Source: Desulfosoma sp.
Lineage (GTDB): Bacteria; Desulfobacterota; Syntrophobacteria; Syntrophobacterales; DSM-9756
Direction of reading: 5' to 3'
NCBI GenBank assembly: GCA_037481835.1
Contig: JBBFKW010000007.1
Coordinates: 1 to 64,000, forward strand
Length of the DNA: 64,000 bases
This document shows, in pieces, positions 55,190-64,000 of this stretch. A program made the translations under genes and the position numbers. Within the stretch, counting starts at the first letter, position 1. Each line of letters starts with the position of its first letter. The notes under the pieces were generated by a model. It did not search any database and was not told where the DNA came from. It saw only the letters and a list, made by a program, of their open reading frames with translations.

Positions 55190-57578
55190 GGGGTTTCCCC
55201 TTCGCGGAACACGGCTGTGCCGGGTATTCGATGCGCTTGTGATGCACGGTGGCCAGGATCTGGTGGAAATGCTTGGCGATTTGATGGAGGTCCTTGAGGG
55301 TCAGCTCGCATTCATCCAGTTGCCCGTCGGTGAAGGCATTGTTGATGAGGCGGCTCACCATGCCCTGAATGCGGGCCGGAGTGGGTTCACTCAAGGAACG
55401 GCACGCGGCTTCCACCATATCCGCCAGCATGACCAGACCGGCTTCCTTGGTCTGCGGCTTGGGGCCGGGATAACGATAGTCGTCGATGTTGATGGGGGGC
55501 AACTCGGCCCCCTTGGACGTTATCGCCTTTTCCCGTGCTTCCAAGGCCTTCTGATAGAAATAGGAAATCAGGCTCTTGCCGTGATGCTGGTTGATGATGT
55601 CGATGATGGGCTTTCCGAGGCGATGTTTTTTCGCCAATTCCACCCCGTCTTTGACGTGGGAAGTGAGGATGAGGCTGCTCATGGATGGGGCGAGCTTTTC
55701 GTGCCGGTTTTCCGCGTCGAACTGATTTTCGATGAAGTACAAAGGCTTCTTGATCTTTCCGATGTCGTGGTAGTAGCCGGCCACCTTGGCGAGCAGGGAA
55801 TTGGCCCCGATGGACTTGGCGGCCGCTTCCGTCATGTTGCCCACGATGAGGCTGTGATGATAGGTCCCCGGGGCTTGAATCATGAGTTCCTGAAGAAGGG
55901 GCTGATCCATGCTGGCCAGTTCCAAGAGTCGGATGTCCGTGGTGTAGCCGAACAAGAGTTCCGCTAGGGGGGTAAACCCTGTGGCCAGGACCCCTGAGAC
56001 GATCCCGCCCATGAAGCCCAGGAAGGCGTTGGTCAGAAGGGCGACCGAGGTCGAATCTTCGTGGAAGAGAGCCAGGAGGACGACGCAGGCGGCGTTGCCC
56101 GCCCCGGTGAGCAACCCGGCGCGGATGGGAACCAGCCGGTTGCGGCAAGGATTGACCCCGTAACTGCCGATGAGCGACCCCAGGAGGACGAAAGCGAACA
56201 CCTGGAAGTCGTTGCCGCATACCAAGGCGACGAACACACTGACCGCCACGGAAAAAAAGACGGCGACCGTCAACCCGAAGAAAATGCTCGCCAGCATGGC
56301 GCCGGCGGCCACGGGCACGGCGAAAAGGAAGCTGCGGTGGTCGAAGTAGCCGGGGTTGTTGCCGACCGAGGCGCTGATCCACTCGGCGGTGCGGCATAGG
56401 ATCAAGAGAACGAGTAGGAGGCTAGCCAGGAAGACATAGTCGCTGCGTTGAAGACGCACGGACGGGATCCGCAGCGAAAGCATGTGCCAGAGCACGGCCA
56501 GGAAAAGGCAGGAGAACAGGAAAACACCCGTGAAGGCCGAAACTCCGTGCCCTTTGGGCAGCATGGCGGCGTAGGCGCCGAGCCTATGAACGTCTTCGTC
56601 TGTGAGCCGCTGGCCGTCCCGGATAATCATCTCGTTTTTCTTGATTTGGATGTAGACCGGTTTGACGGCTTCTGCAGCGGCGCTTTCAGCCTGTTGGGTT
56701 TCAAAGCGATTGAAGAAAAGGTTGGGTTCCAGAAGCTGGGCACAGAGGAAGGCGACGGCCCTGGCCAGATAGATGTCGCCCTCTTGCTGGAGAATCATCG
56801 TCACGGCCTTTTCACGGGCTCGACGAATGTCGGGAAATTCGCTGAGGGACCCGAAGGTTTCTTCTCGAAGCGAAGGGATCATTCGGACCACAATGGGCCG
56901 GGCTTCCATTCGAAGGTGCTGAAAGGCGGCCAGGTCCGGATCGTCGGCTCCGGGCAGAATCCCGTGGTCGAAAAAGGTCTGAAGCCATGTGCCGACACGG
57001 TTTTCCAAGGATTCCGAAAAGCCATCGGCAGTCAGGATCAGGTAGATGTTGTCCGGGACGGAAAAGCCCAAGGCCCCTTCGAAGGTGGGCCGATGGGGTC
57101 CGAACCGGCTCTCCCGGGACACCCCGTCACGGTGCGGGAAGCGCCTGAGGAGCTCCACCCGGCGATCGGGCATGAGTCCCAGGGTTTCCTGAAGCAGGAG
57201 ATCATGGAGGACTCCCCGCATGGTTTTAAAGGCTTTGGCCAATCGAAGCGCCGCGGTCTGAGCGGCCTTTTCATGAAGGTCAAAGATGAGCGGCGCTTCG
57301 CGGCGCGCCGCGTCTCGCTTCCGGGTCGTCGCCTCGTTGTCCAGGAGCAAAAAATCCCGGTCCGCCTTGATGTTTTGGGTGGCCACGTCCCCCACCCGAT
57401 AAACGGGAGGGCGTTTGACAAAAGACGGGGTGATGATGAGGGCGGCTGCCAGAGAGAAGGCCAAAACCAAGATGACCTTGGCGTGTTCGGGATGGTTCCA
57501 CCACTCAAGGATCCGGGCGCGGCCGTCGGGGGTTTCAGGGGACAACCGCCGGTTTTCCGGTTTCTTGTCTTTGTCCAT
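55086..57578 (-). CDS. 7TM-HD (PgpH-like) membrane phosphohydrolase
   Basis: Extracellular domain and 7TM region, APGTYHHS, YHDIGK, HHG, YRYPGPKPQTKE. Confidence 0.9.
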   Translation of the reverse strand: MDKDKKPENRRLSPETPDGRARILEWWNHPEHAKVILVLAFSLAAALIITPSFVKRPPVYRVGDVATQNIKADRDFLLLDNEATTRKRDAARREAPLIFDLHEKAAQTAALRLAKAFKTMRGVLHDLLLQETLGLMPDRRVELLRRFPHRDGVSRESRFGPHRPTFEGALGFSVPDNIYLILTADGFSESLENRVGTWLQTFFDHGILPGADDPDLAAFQHLRMEARPIVVRMIPSLREETFGSLSEFPDIRRAREKAVTMILQQEGDIYLARAVAFLCAQLLEPNLFFNRFETQQAESAAAEAVKPVYIQIKKNEMIIRDGQRLTDEDVHRLGAYAAMLPKGHGVSAFTGVFLFSCLFLAVLWHMLSLRIPSVRLQRSDYVFLASLLLVLLILCRTAEWISASVGNNPGYFDHRSFLFAVPVAAGAMLASIFFGLTVAVFFSVAVSVFVALVCGNDFQVFAFVLLGSLIGSYGVNPCRNRLVPIRAGLLTGAGNAACVVLLALFHEDSTSVALLTNAFLGFMGGIVSGVLATGFTPLAELLFGYTTDIRLLELASMDQPLLQELMIQAPGTYHHSLIVGNMTEAAAKSIGANSLLAKVAGYYHDIGKIKKPLYFIENQFDAENRHEKLAPSMSSLILTSHVKDGVELAKKHRLGKPIIDIINQHHGKSLISYFYQKALEAREKAITSKGAELPPINIDDYRYPGPKPQTKEAGLVMLADMVEAACRSLSEPTPARIQGMVSRLINNAFTDGQLDECELTLKDLHQIAKHFHQILATVHHKRIEYPAQPCSAKGKPHGPDSNQRELRPDKDRPGAAGANSRTDLKRLGLQ

Positions 57579-57586
57579 AGGGCCGC

Positions 57587-58585
57587 CTATCGAGGATCCG
57601 TGGGTTTTCTCGGCGGTATCCTGCGCTCGGCATTTTCGTAGGCTTCGATGATATCTTGGACGAGGCGGTGGCGGACCACATCCACATGGGAGAAGAAGAT
57701 GAACCGGAGTCCCCGAATGCCCTGCAGGAGCTCCATGGCTTCAATCAGGCCGGACGGTTTGTTGTCGGGCAAGTCGATTTGGGTCACGTCCCCTGTGATG
57801 ACCGCCTTGGAGCCCAAGCCGAGGCGGGTCAAGAACATTTTCATCTGTTCGCTGGTGGTGTTCTGCGCCTCATCCAAAATGACGAAAGCCTCGTTCAGCG
57901 TGCGCCCCCTCATAAAGGCCAGCGGGGCCACTTCGATGGCACCGCGCGCCAGGAGCTTGGACGCCTTCTCGAAATCCATCATGTCGTGAAGGGCGTCGTA
58001 GAGGGGTCTCAGGTAGGGGTTGACTTTTTCGGCCAGGTCCCCCGGGAGGAACCCCAGTTTTTCTCCGGCTTCCACGGCCGGCCTGACCAAAATGATCCGC
58101 CGCACCTGATCGGCCGTGAGCGCCGACACGGCCATGGCCATGGCGAGGTACGTCTTTCCCGTACCGGCGGGACCGATGCCGAACACGATGTCGTGGGATC
58201 GAATGGCCTCGATGTATTCCTTCTGCTTGAGGCTCTTGGGCGTGATGACGCGCTTGCTCGACGTCACGAAGACCTTGTCGAGGAAGATGTCTTCCAGGCG
58301 GCTCCGGGGATTGTCGCTGAGGATCCTGACGGCGTACAGGACATCGGATGCATAGAGAGGGTAGCCCTTGTGCAGGAGGGCTTCCAGTTCGTCCAGAACG
58401 CGTTCCGCTAGGGTCACATGCGCTTTCTCTCCCGTGATGGTCACTTGAGTGCCGCGCACATGGAGGCGCACATCCAGCTGTTTTTCGATGATCTTGAGAT
58501 GGGTGTTGCGTTCCCCGGCGAGGTCCTGGAGCACGGACGGGTCGTCGAAGACCTTGTTTTGAGAGCAGGCGACGGAATCGGGCAT
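57587..58585 (-). CDS. phoH: PhoH family ATPase
   Basis: GPAGTGKT, RPAVEAGEKLGFLPG, MRGRTL, DEAQN. Start uncertain. Confidence 0.93.
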   Translation of the reverse strand: MPDSVACSQNKVFDDPSVLQDLAGERNTHLKIIEKQLDVRLHVRGTQVTITGEKAHVTLAERVLDELEALLHKGYPLYASDVLYAVRILSDNPRSRLEDIFLDKVFVTSSKRVITPKSLKQKEYIEAIRSHDIVFGIGPAGTGKTYLAMAMAVSALTADQVRRIILVRPAVEAGEKLGFLPGDLAEKVNPYLRPLYDALHDMMDFEKASKLLARGAIEVAPLAFMRGRTLNEAFVILDEAQNTTSEQMKMFLTRLGLGSKAVITGDVTQIDLPDNKPSGLIEAMELLQGIRGLRFIFFSHVDVVRHRLVQDIIEAYENAERRIPPRKPTDPR

Positions 58586-58837
58586 GCGAGACGCCAACAA
58601 AGGGTTTTCCTTTCTTGCGGAATCGTGCGGGATCGTCCCAACACAGCTGTGAAATATCATCCGCCGCACCGTCTGACAATGACTTCTTGAAAACCGAACC
58701 GGATGGGTGCCCCGGCATCCCTCCCCAAAATGGGAAAATCCGTTGAACCGCCCTGGGCAAATATTTTATGGTTCATTTCGAGATGCGGGCGGTCAAAGCG
58801 GTTTCGGTGAAAAAAGCTGCTGCGGGAGAAAAGGGCG

Positions 58838-59437
58838 GTGAACGTTCTGGATTGGATGCTCATCATCGTGGGCGCCTTATCCCTGGTGCGTGGGCTCTGG
58901 CGCGGCGCCGTTTCTCAGATTTTCGGCCTTCTCGGCTTTGCGGGCGGCTTTTTCCTGGCTTACCGTCACGGGGAGGCTCTCGGCGCTCGCCTGGCGATGC
59001 ATTTTCCGTCTCTTCCCCAGCCCGTGCTCTTCAGCGATGTTCTGCTGTTCGTTCTCACCTGGTTTTTGGTCGCCCTTGCCGGGGCGTGGATCGCTCGGAG
59101 CCTGCACAGCGGAGGCCTGGGAGGGCCGGATCGGCTCATGGGCGGGTCCTTGGGCCTGCTTAAAGGGGCATTGGTGGTGATCGTCCTGGTGTGGGGGCTG
59201 AGCTTCATGGTGCCTCCGGATCATGCGCTCTGGAAGCAGTCTCGGCTTGTCCCTTATGTGCAGCAGGCGACCCAGCTCTTGGTGGAGGCGGCTCCTGAGA
59301 GTTTTCGCCAAAAACTGCACGATCCCACGAGGAAATCACCCGCTCTACCGCGCGGAAAGAACGGACAGCCGCCGGGTTCGGAAAGGGAGAGCAATGCCAG
59401 TTCCGGAAAAAATGAAAGCGGAAAACGAGCCCTGTGA
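58838..59437 (+). CDS. cvpA: CvpA (colicin V production) family membrane protein
   Basis: N-terminal (V)NVLD..RG, DRLMGGSLGLLKG, S.LVP. Confidence 0.85.
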   Translation: MNVLDWMLIIVGALSLVRGLWRGAVSQIFGLLGFAGGFFLAYRHGEALGARLAMHFPSLPQPVLFSDVLLFVLTWFLVALAGAWIARSLHSGGLGGPDRLMGGSLGLLKGALVVIVLVWGLSFMVPPDHALWKQSRLVPYVQQATQLLVEAAPESFRQKLHDPTRKSPALPRGKNGQPPGSERESNASSGKNESGKRAL

Positions 59438-60194
59438 GAAAAATGATCGATGGGGCAAGGTGGCGCGGCTTTGGGAGATCATCGATCGCCTGCGGGGTGA
59501 AAACGGCTGTCCCTGGGACCGGCAACAAACCCCCGAAAGCGTTCAAACCTACCTGGTCGAAGAGGCTCATGAAGCGGCCGCCGCCGTCCGAGCCGGAGCC
59601 GTGGAAGAGGCCTCCGAAGAATTGGGGGATGTCCTGTTCATGGTTCTCTTCCTGATCCACCTCTATGAAGAGGCGGGTCGGTGCACCTTGGAGGCGGTGT
59701 GCGACCGCATCGCGGACAAGATGATTCGCCGGCACCCCCATGTTTTCGGGACAACGACCGTGGATTCCGCGGCGGATGTTCGGATCAACTGGGAAAAGAT
59801 CAAGGAAAAAGAAAAGAAGGACCGTCCCTTGGCGGAATTGGGTGTCCCTGATACGCTCCCGGCCCTCATTCGGGCCTACCGCGTGCTTAGCCGGGCGAAA
59901 AGCGTCGAAGTTTTCGGCCTGCCCGCCGAAGACGAAGAATCGGCGCTTCTCGAGTCCTTGTCGCGCCTGGGGCGGACTCAGGAAATGGAAAAAGAACAAG
60001 CGTCGCACGAGATCGCTCGTGCCCTGTTGGCATTGGTGGCCCTGGCTCGACGCCACGGGCTCCGCCCGGAAGATTGCCTCCACGCCTACTTGAACCGCGC
60101 GGAACAACAAGCACGGGACCGGGACCCTGCCACGGCGTCCGCCCCGAGCGATCAGAGCGGGTCGTCCCAGCGCAGGGCATCCATGACCGCATGA
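59394..60194 (+). CDS. mazG: MazG family nucleoside triphosphate pyrophosphohydrolase
   Basis: GCPWDRQQT, EEAHE, EELGD, KMIRRHPHVF. The second domain looks degenerate. Confidence 0.88.
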   Translation: MPVPEKMKAENEPCEKNDRWGKVARLWEIIDRLRGENGCPWDRQQTPESVQTYLVEEAHEAAAAVRAGAVEEASEELGDVLFMVLFLIHLYEEAGRCTLEAVCDRIADKMIRRHPHVFGTTTVDSAADVRINWEKIKEKEKKDRPLAELGVPDTLPALIRAYRVLSRAKSVEVFGLPAEDEESALLESLSRLGRTQEMEKEQASHEIARALLALVALARRHGLRPEDCLHAYLNRAEQQARDRDPATASAPSDQSGSSQRRASMTA

Positions 60195-60871
60195 CACGAA
60201 CAGCTGGTGGCCACCAGGTAGGCGCCGGGGGACCGGAGGATCACAGACAGGGCCTCCTTAAGCTGTTCTCCCGTGTATCCACCGACTCCCGGCGCCAACT
60301 GCCGGCTCTGGATGACGACCGTGCCGTAGTCGGCGATGGCCATCTTTTGGAGGGTTTGATAGAGTTTTTCAGGGCGCGGCTTTTTGGTGATGGTGCAGAA
60401 ATCTTCAGGCTCCGGGCAATCGTCCGGGCAGCGGAAAGCGGCGTGGCTGGCGTAAAGGGTGCCGGACGGCGTGCGGATCGGATGGGGCACCAAAGCGTCC
60501 ACATCGTGGGGGACCGGCATACGGTGGACCGTGCCCCGCTTCCCCAGTTCCATGACGATCCAGCCGAGGGCCACATGAACGGGGACGGCAGGGATGATCC
60601 ACTGGTTGTCGAAAAGGACATGGTTCGACAGGAACACGAAAACATCCCCGCGGACCATGATCAATCCTTCTTTTTTCGGAATCTCGCGAAGCCGATGGGG
60701 ATCGGCGTCCACGATCACGCCCTGGGTCGGCTCATCGCCTTTGAAAAGCCGCTCCACTGCGAGGCGCCCGAAACGGCCCGCACCCAAGATCCACACCGTG
60801 GCTTCAAGGCCCATGGGGTGCGGAAAGGGTTCTTCCGCGGGCCACATCCACACTTGGCTCGTCTGCGCCAT
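60152..60871 (-). CDS. Hypothetical protein with Rossmann-like N-terminus and Cys-rich C-terminus
   Basis: ILGAGRFG, CPDDCPEP..FC, SRQLAPGVGGY, ATSCSCH. Confidence 0.65.
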   Translation of the reverse strand: MAQTSQVWMWPAEEPFPHPMGLEATVWILGAGRFGRLAVERLFKGDEPTQGVIVDADPHRLREIPKKEGLIMVRGDVFVFLSNHVLFDNQWIIPAVPVHVALGWIVMELGKRGTVHRMPVPHDVDALVPHPIRTPSGTLYASHAAFRCPDDCPEPEDFCTITKKPRPEKLYQTLQKMAIADYGTVVIQSRQLAPGVGGYTGEQLKEALSVILRSPGAYLVATSCSCHAVMDALRWDDPL

Positions 60872-60921
60872 CCCGTTCCACCTCCGTCGTGGAAAAAATC
60901 GTTGCCGAAAAGGGGCACGCC

Positions 60922-61323
60922 ATGAGCAATCTGTTTACCATTTTTGAGAAGATCGCGGAACAGAGGATACAAGAAGCGATGGAACGGGGGGAATTCGACA
61001 ATCTTCCGGGCGCCGGAAAGCCGCTGACCCTGGAGGACGACAGCCATTTGCCTGCCGACCTGAGGATCGCCTACAAAATCCTGAAAAACGCGGATTGCCT
61101 CCCGCCCGAATTGGAACTGCGCAAAGAAATTCGCACCACCGAAGAGCTCCTCTCGGGGATCCAAGACACCCAGGAAAAATATCGCCAGATGAAGAGGCTC
61201 AATTATCTCATCCTCAAGCTCAATACCATGCGCCGGATATCCCCCCTCCTGGAGGAGCACCAAGTCTACTATCCCAAGGTTTTGGACCGCCTGGCCAAGG
61301 ATAAGGAGAAGAAGGACGCGTGA
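60922..61323 (+). CDS. DUF1992 (DnaJ-associated domain) protein
   Basis: IAEQRIQEAMERGEFDNLPGAGKPL, KILKNA..LPPE. Confidence 0.88.
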   Translation: MSNLFTIFEKIAEQRIQEAMERGEFDNLPGAGKPLTLEDDSHLPADLRIAYKILKNADCLPPELELRKEIRTTEELLSGIQDTQEKYRQMKRLNYLILKLNTMRRISPLLEEHQVYYPKVLDRLAKDKEKKDA

Positions 61324-62531
61324 CGAGCATTCCTGCGGCCTCCCCAACGTGTCGATTCGGATGTGATGTCTTTCTCGAGGATCCTCCCAGCTGGCTTTTC
61401 CAAAAGCGCATCGGCGTCTTGGCCAATCAGGCGTCGGTGTGTGCCGACTTTACCCACGTCATCGACGCCCTGGCGGCGCGTGGGGCGCGGCTGAGCGCCG
61501 TTTTTTCGCCGCAGCACGGCTTTTACGCGGAAAAACAAGCCAACATGATCGAATCCGATCATGGCCGCCACAAGGACTATGATGTGCCCATCTTCAGCCT
61601 TTACGGCGAGACGCGGCAACCCACGGAGGCCATGCTGGACCTCATCGACGTCCTCCTCGTGGACCTCCAAGACGTTGGCACCCGTGTCTATACCTACGGG
61701 ACCACGGTCGGGTTGTGTGTGGAAGCTCTGTCGAAACGTTCCATCCCAATGGTGGTTTTGGATCGGCCCAATCCCATCGGAGGCTGTCGAGTGGAAGGCA
61801 ATGTGGTTCGGGAAGGGTACCGATCCTTTGTGGGCCGTTATGCCCTGCCCATGCGCCACGGGCTGACCATCGGGGAACTGGCCTCGTGGGTGGCCCGGCA
61901 GGAAGGCTGTGAAGGGCTTGTGAGCGTCGTCCGAGTTCAAGGCTGGAGGCGAAATAATCTGTGGCCCGCCACCAAGCGGCCGTGGATTTTCCCGTCGCCC
62001 AATATGCCGACGTGGGAAACGGCGCTCCTTTATCCCGGGATGGTCTTGCTGGAAGGGACCAACCTGAGTGAAGGGCGGGGAACGACCTTGCCGTTCCAGT
62101 TAGTGGGCGCACCGTACCTGGACCCCGATGCCGTGCGGGACCGCATGGATGCCTCGGCTCTCCAAGGCCTTGTGCTCCGAACCGTGGAATTCGAACCCAC
62201 CTTCGACAAATGGGCGGGAAGGCGATGCCGCGGCTTTCAACTCCACATCACGGACCCCGAAATTTTCCGGCCGTATCGGTTCGGTTTGGCCTTTCTTCAG
62301 GCGGTCCTTCGGGTGCATCGGAAATCGTTTCGATGGCTCCCGCCCCCCTACGAATACGAAGAGCGGCACCTGCCCATCGATATTCTCACAGGAGACCCCG
62401 TGATCCGCACAAAATTGGAGGACGGTCAAGCGGTGACGGATTTGGAGCGGGGGTGGGAAGAAGATTTGGAAGCTTATGAGGCCGGGCGCCGTGGGATCCT
62501 TCTTTACGACGGTGAGCCCGAGGACCCGTAA
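61320..62531 (+). CDS. Exo-beta-N-acetylmuramidase NamZ (DUF1343) family protein
   Basis: FSPQHG, DLQDVGTRVYTY, DRPNP, RHGLTIGE, PSPNMP, SEGRGT. Confidence 0.88.
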   Translation: MTSIPAASPTCRFGCDVFLEDPPSWLFQKRIGVLANQASVCADFTHVIDALAARGARLSAVFSPQHGFYAEKQANMIESDHGRHKDYDVPIFSLYGETRQPTEAMLDLIDVLLVDLQDVGTRVYTYGTTVGLCVEALSKRSIPMVVLDRPNPIGGCRVEGNVVREGYRSFVGRYALPMRHGLTIGELASWVARQEGCEGLVSVVRVQGWRRNNLWPATKRPWIFPSPNMPTWETALLYPGMVLLEGTNLSEGRGTTLPFQLVGAPYLDPDAVRDRMDASALQGLVLRTVEFEPTFDKWAGRRCRGFQLHITDPEIFRPYRFGLAFLQAVLRVHRKSFRWLPPPYEYEERHLPIDILTGDPVIRTKLEDGQAVTDLERGWEEDLEAYEAGRRGILLYDGEPEDP

Positions 62532-62543
62532 CGGCGCAAGGAC

Positions 62544-63998
62544 TTAACCTTCCAGAGTGAGCAAGACCGCCTCGGCCACGTGCCTCATGGACTTGCGGGT
62601 GTCCATGCTCTTTTTCTGCAACCAGCGGTAGGCTTCCTCGCCGGTGAGGTTGAGCCTGGAGATGAGGACATCTTTGGCCTTTTCGATGATCTTCCTCTTT
62701 TCCAGTTCTTCTTGAATGATCGTGGTCTTCACCATGAGTTCGGTGTTTTCGATGGCCACAGCGGCTTGATTGGCCACGGCGGTCAGCACGTTCATCTCCA
62801 GCTCGGTGAACCGATGGGGCCGGGACGTGTAGCAGTTGATGACGCCGATGACGCGGTCCTTGACGCGCATGGGGATACTGAGCATGGAGACGAGGCCGAG
62901 GCGCTTGGCCAGTTCTTTTTCCTTGTAATAGGGGTCCTCCAGGACGTTGAGGGAAATGTGCGGTTTGTTTTCAACGACGACCTTGCCGACGACGCCTTCC
63001 CCGACCTTGAGCACCCGATCTTTGACGTAATCGGGATTGATGGCTTGCGTCGCCCGCAGGCGCAGCACGCGTTCTTGCTCATCGAGGAGCCATAAGGAAC
63101 ACACGCTGGAATTCATCACTTCCGCGGTGACCATCACGATGAGCCGCAAAATATCTTCCAGGTATTGGTCCGAAGTGATGGCCTTGCTGATCACGGTGAG
63201 AGCTTCAACACTCTTGTCCGCGGGGCTGGGTTCCATCGATCTTTGCGCCGCCTGAGCGAATTCGTCCAGATACCCTTCAGCGAACCGTAGCGGCGGGCGG
63301 CGCTTGTGGAGCGTTCGGGACCGGAGCTCTTCAATGCGTTTTCGAACCGCTTGGGGCACCGCCGCCTGGCGGCCGCTCAAAAAGCTATCCAGGTGCTTGT
63401 AGGTGAAGCCCATTTCCCCTTCGTCGGTCTGACCGGCCCACAACCCCGCCGAAGGGGGTTTCGTGATGATGGAATGGGGAAGTTTCAGCGCTCGGGCCAG
63501 CTTCTGAACGTCTTTTTTCAGCAGGTGAATAATGGGTTGGATGTCCGCCGCGCCGTCTCCATGCTTCGTGAAGTACCCGATTTCCCATTCGCTGCGATTG
63601 CTGGTGCCCATGACCAAGAAGCCGAGTTCGGCGGCCTTGTGGTAGAGGACGGCCATGCGCACTCTGGCCTTGAGGTTTCCCAGGAGACGGGGATCGTTGC
63701 AGGAGAGGGTTTCCGCGAGCCGATCCACGACAGGCCCCAGATCGATTTCTTCGCAGGAAATGCCCACGTGCCGACAGACCAATCGCGCATCGGCCAGATC
63801 GTCCGGAGCATTGTGACATGGCAGGATGAGCCCGAGGACGTGCTCCCCCAGGGCCTTTTTCGCCAAAGCGGCACAGACGGCGGAGTCGATGCCTCCGCTG
63901 ATGCCGACGACCACGCCCCGGGCTCCGGCGCCCCGGACGCTCTCCGCAATCCATTGCACCAGACGCGCGATGTCTTCGGAGTGCTTTCGGCCGGCCAT
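62544..63998 (-). CDS. nadE: NH3-dependent NAD+ synthetase fused to GAF and ANTAR domains
   Basis: SGGIDS, NLKARVRM, GTSNRSE..GYFTKHGDG, PSAGLW.GQTDE; then GAF (SIPMRVKDRVIGVI..AIEN); then ANTAR (RKIIEKAK..EEAY..LQKKSMD). The start is at the window edge and may lie further upstream. Confidence 0.88.
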   Translation of the reverse strand: MAGRKHSEDIARLVQWIAESVRGAGARGVVVGISGGIDSAVCAALAKKALGEHVLGLILPCHNAPDDLADARLVCRHVGISCEEIDLGPVVDRLAETLSCNDPRLLGNLKARVRMAVLYHKAAELGFLVMGTSNRSEWEIGYFTKHGDGAADIQPIIHLLKKDVQKLARALKLPHSIITKPPSAGLWAGQTDEGEMGFTYKHLDSFLSGRQAAVPQAVRKRIEELRSRTLHKRRPPLRFAEGYLDEFAQAAQRSMEPSPADKSVEALTVISKAITSDQYLEDILRLIVMVTAEVMNSSVCSLWLLDEQERVLRLRATQAINPDYVKDRVLKVGEGVVGKVVVENKPHISLNVLEDPYYKEKELAKRLGLVSMLSIPMRVKDRVIGVINCYTSRPHRFTELEMNVLTAVANQAAVAIENTELMVKTTIIQEELEKRKIIEKAKDVLISRLNLTGEEAYRWLQKKSMDTRKSMRHVAEAVLLTLEG

Positions 63999-64000
63999 GC

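Noticed and set aside
1..64000. CRISPR arrays, rRNA, tRNA, transposases, prophage genes, ANTAR twin-hairpin targets
   Set aside because: None recognised by eye. Covariance-model scans would be needed to exclude small RNAs.

Overview
A GC-rich, gene-dense bacterial window. Gene content (IorAB, CimA, the phoH-HD-ybeY-pdxJ-acpS-nnr-tsaE cluster, GAF/HD-GYP signalling) suggests an anaerobic Desulfobacterota/deltaproteobacterium; this is an inference. In order: a HEPN/DUF86 toxin; a minus-strand run of about 20 kb joining an aryl-acid cluster (iorA-iorB-liv ABC-two paaK-like genes) to an LPS cluster (six GT4, GT9, WaaL-like, methyltransferase-like, sulfotransferase); paaI, lhgO, a radical SAM, a deacetylase, a THUMP methylase and HMG-CoA lyase. 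The main find is a plus-strand operon of about 15.8 kb (28464-44235) with three giant redox proteins and a GAF protein: a 2162-aa 2-oxoacid:ferredoxin oxidoreductase with an unusual delta-beta-gamma-alpha domain order, a ~1620-aa mostly unrecognisable protein with one RnfB/AcsC-type Fe-S motif, and a 1221-aa NuoE-NuoF fusion with bifurcating-type motifs, no C-terminal ferredoxin domain and a possibly NADP(H)-adapted site. After it come a sigma28-type promoter with an HD-GYP gene, cimA, housekeeping genes, and at the window end a NadE-GAF-ANTAR fusion. No rRNA, tRNA, CRISPR array or transposase was recognised. All calls come from motif recognition by eye; no searches were run.
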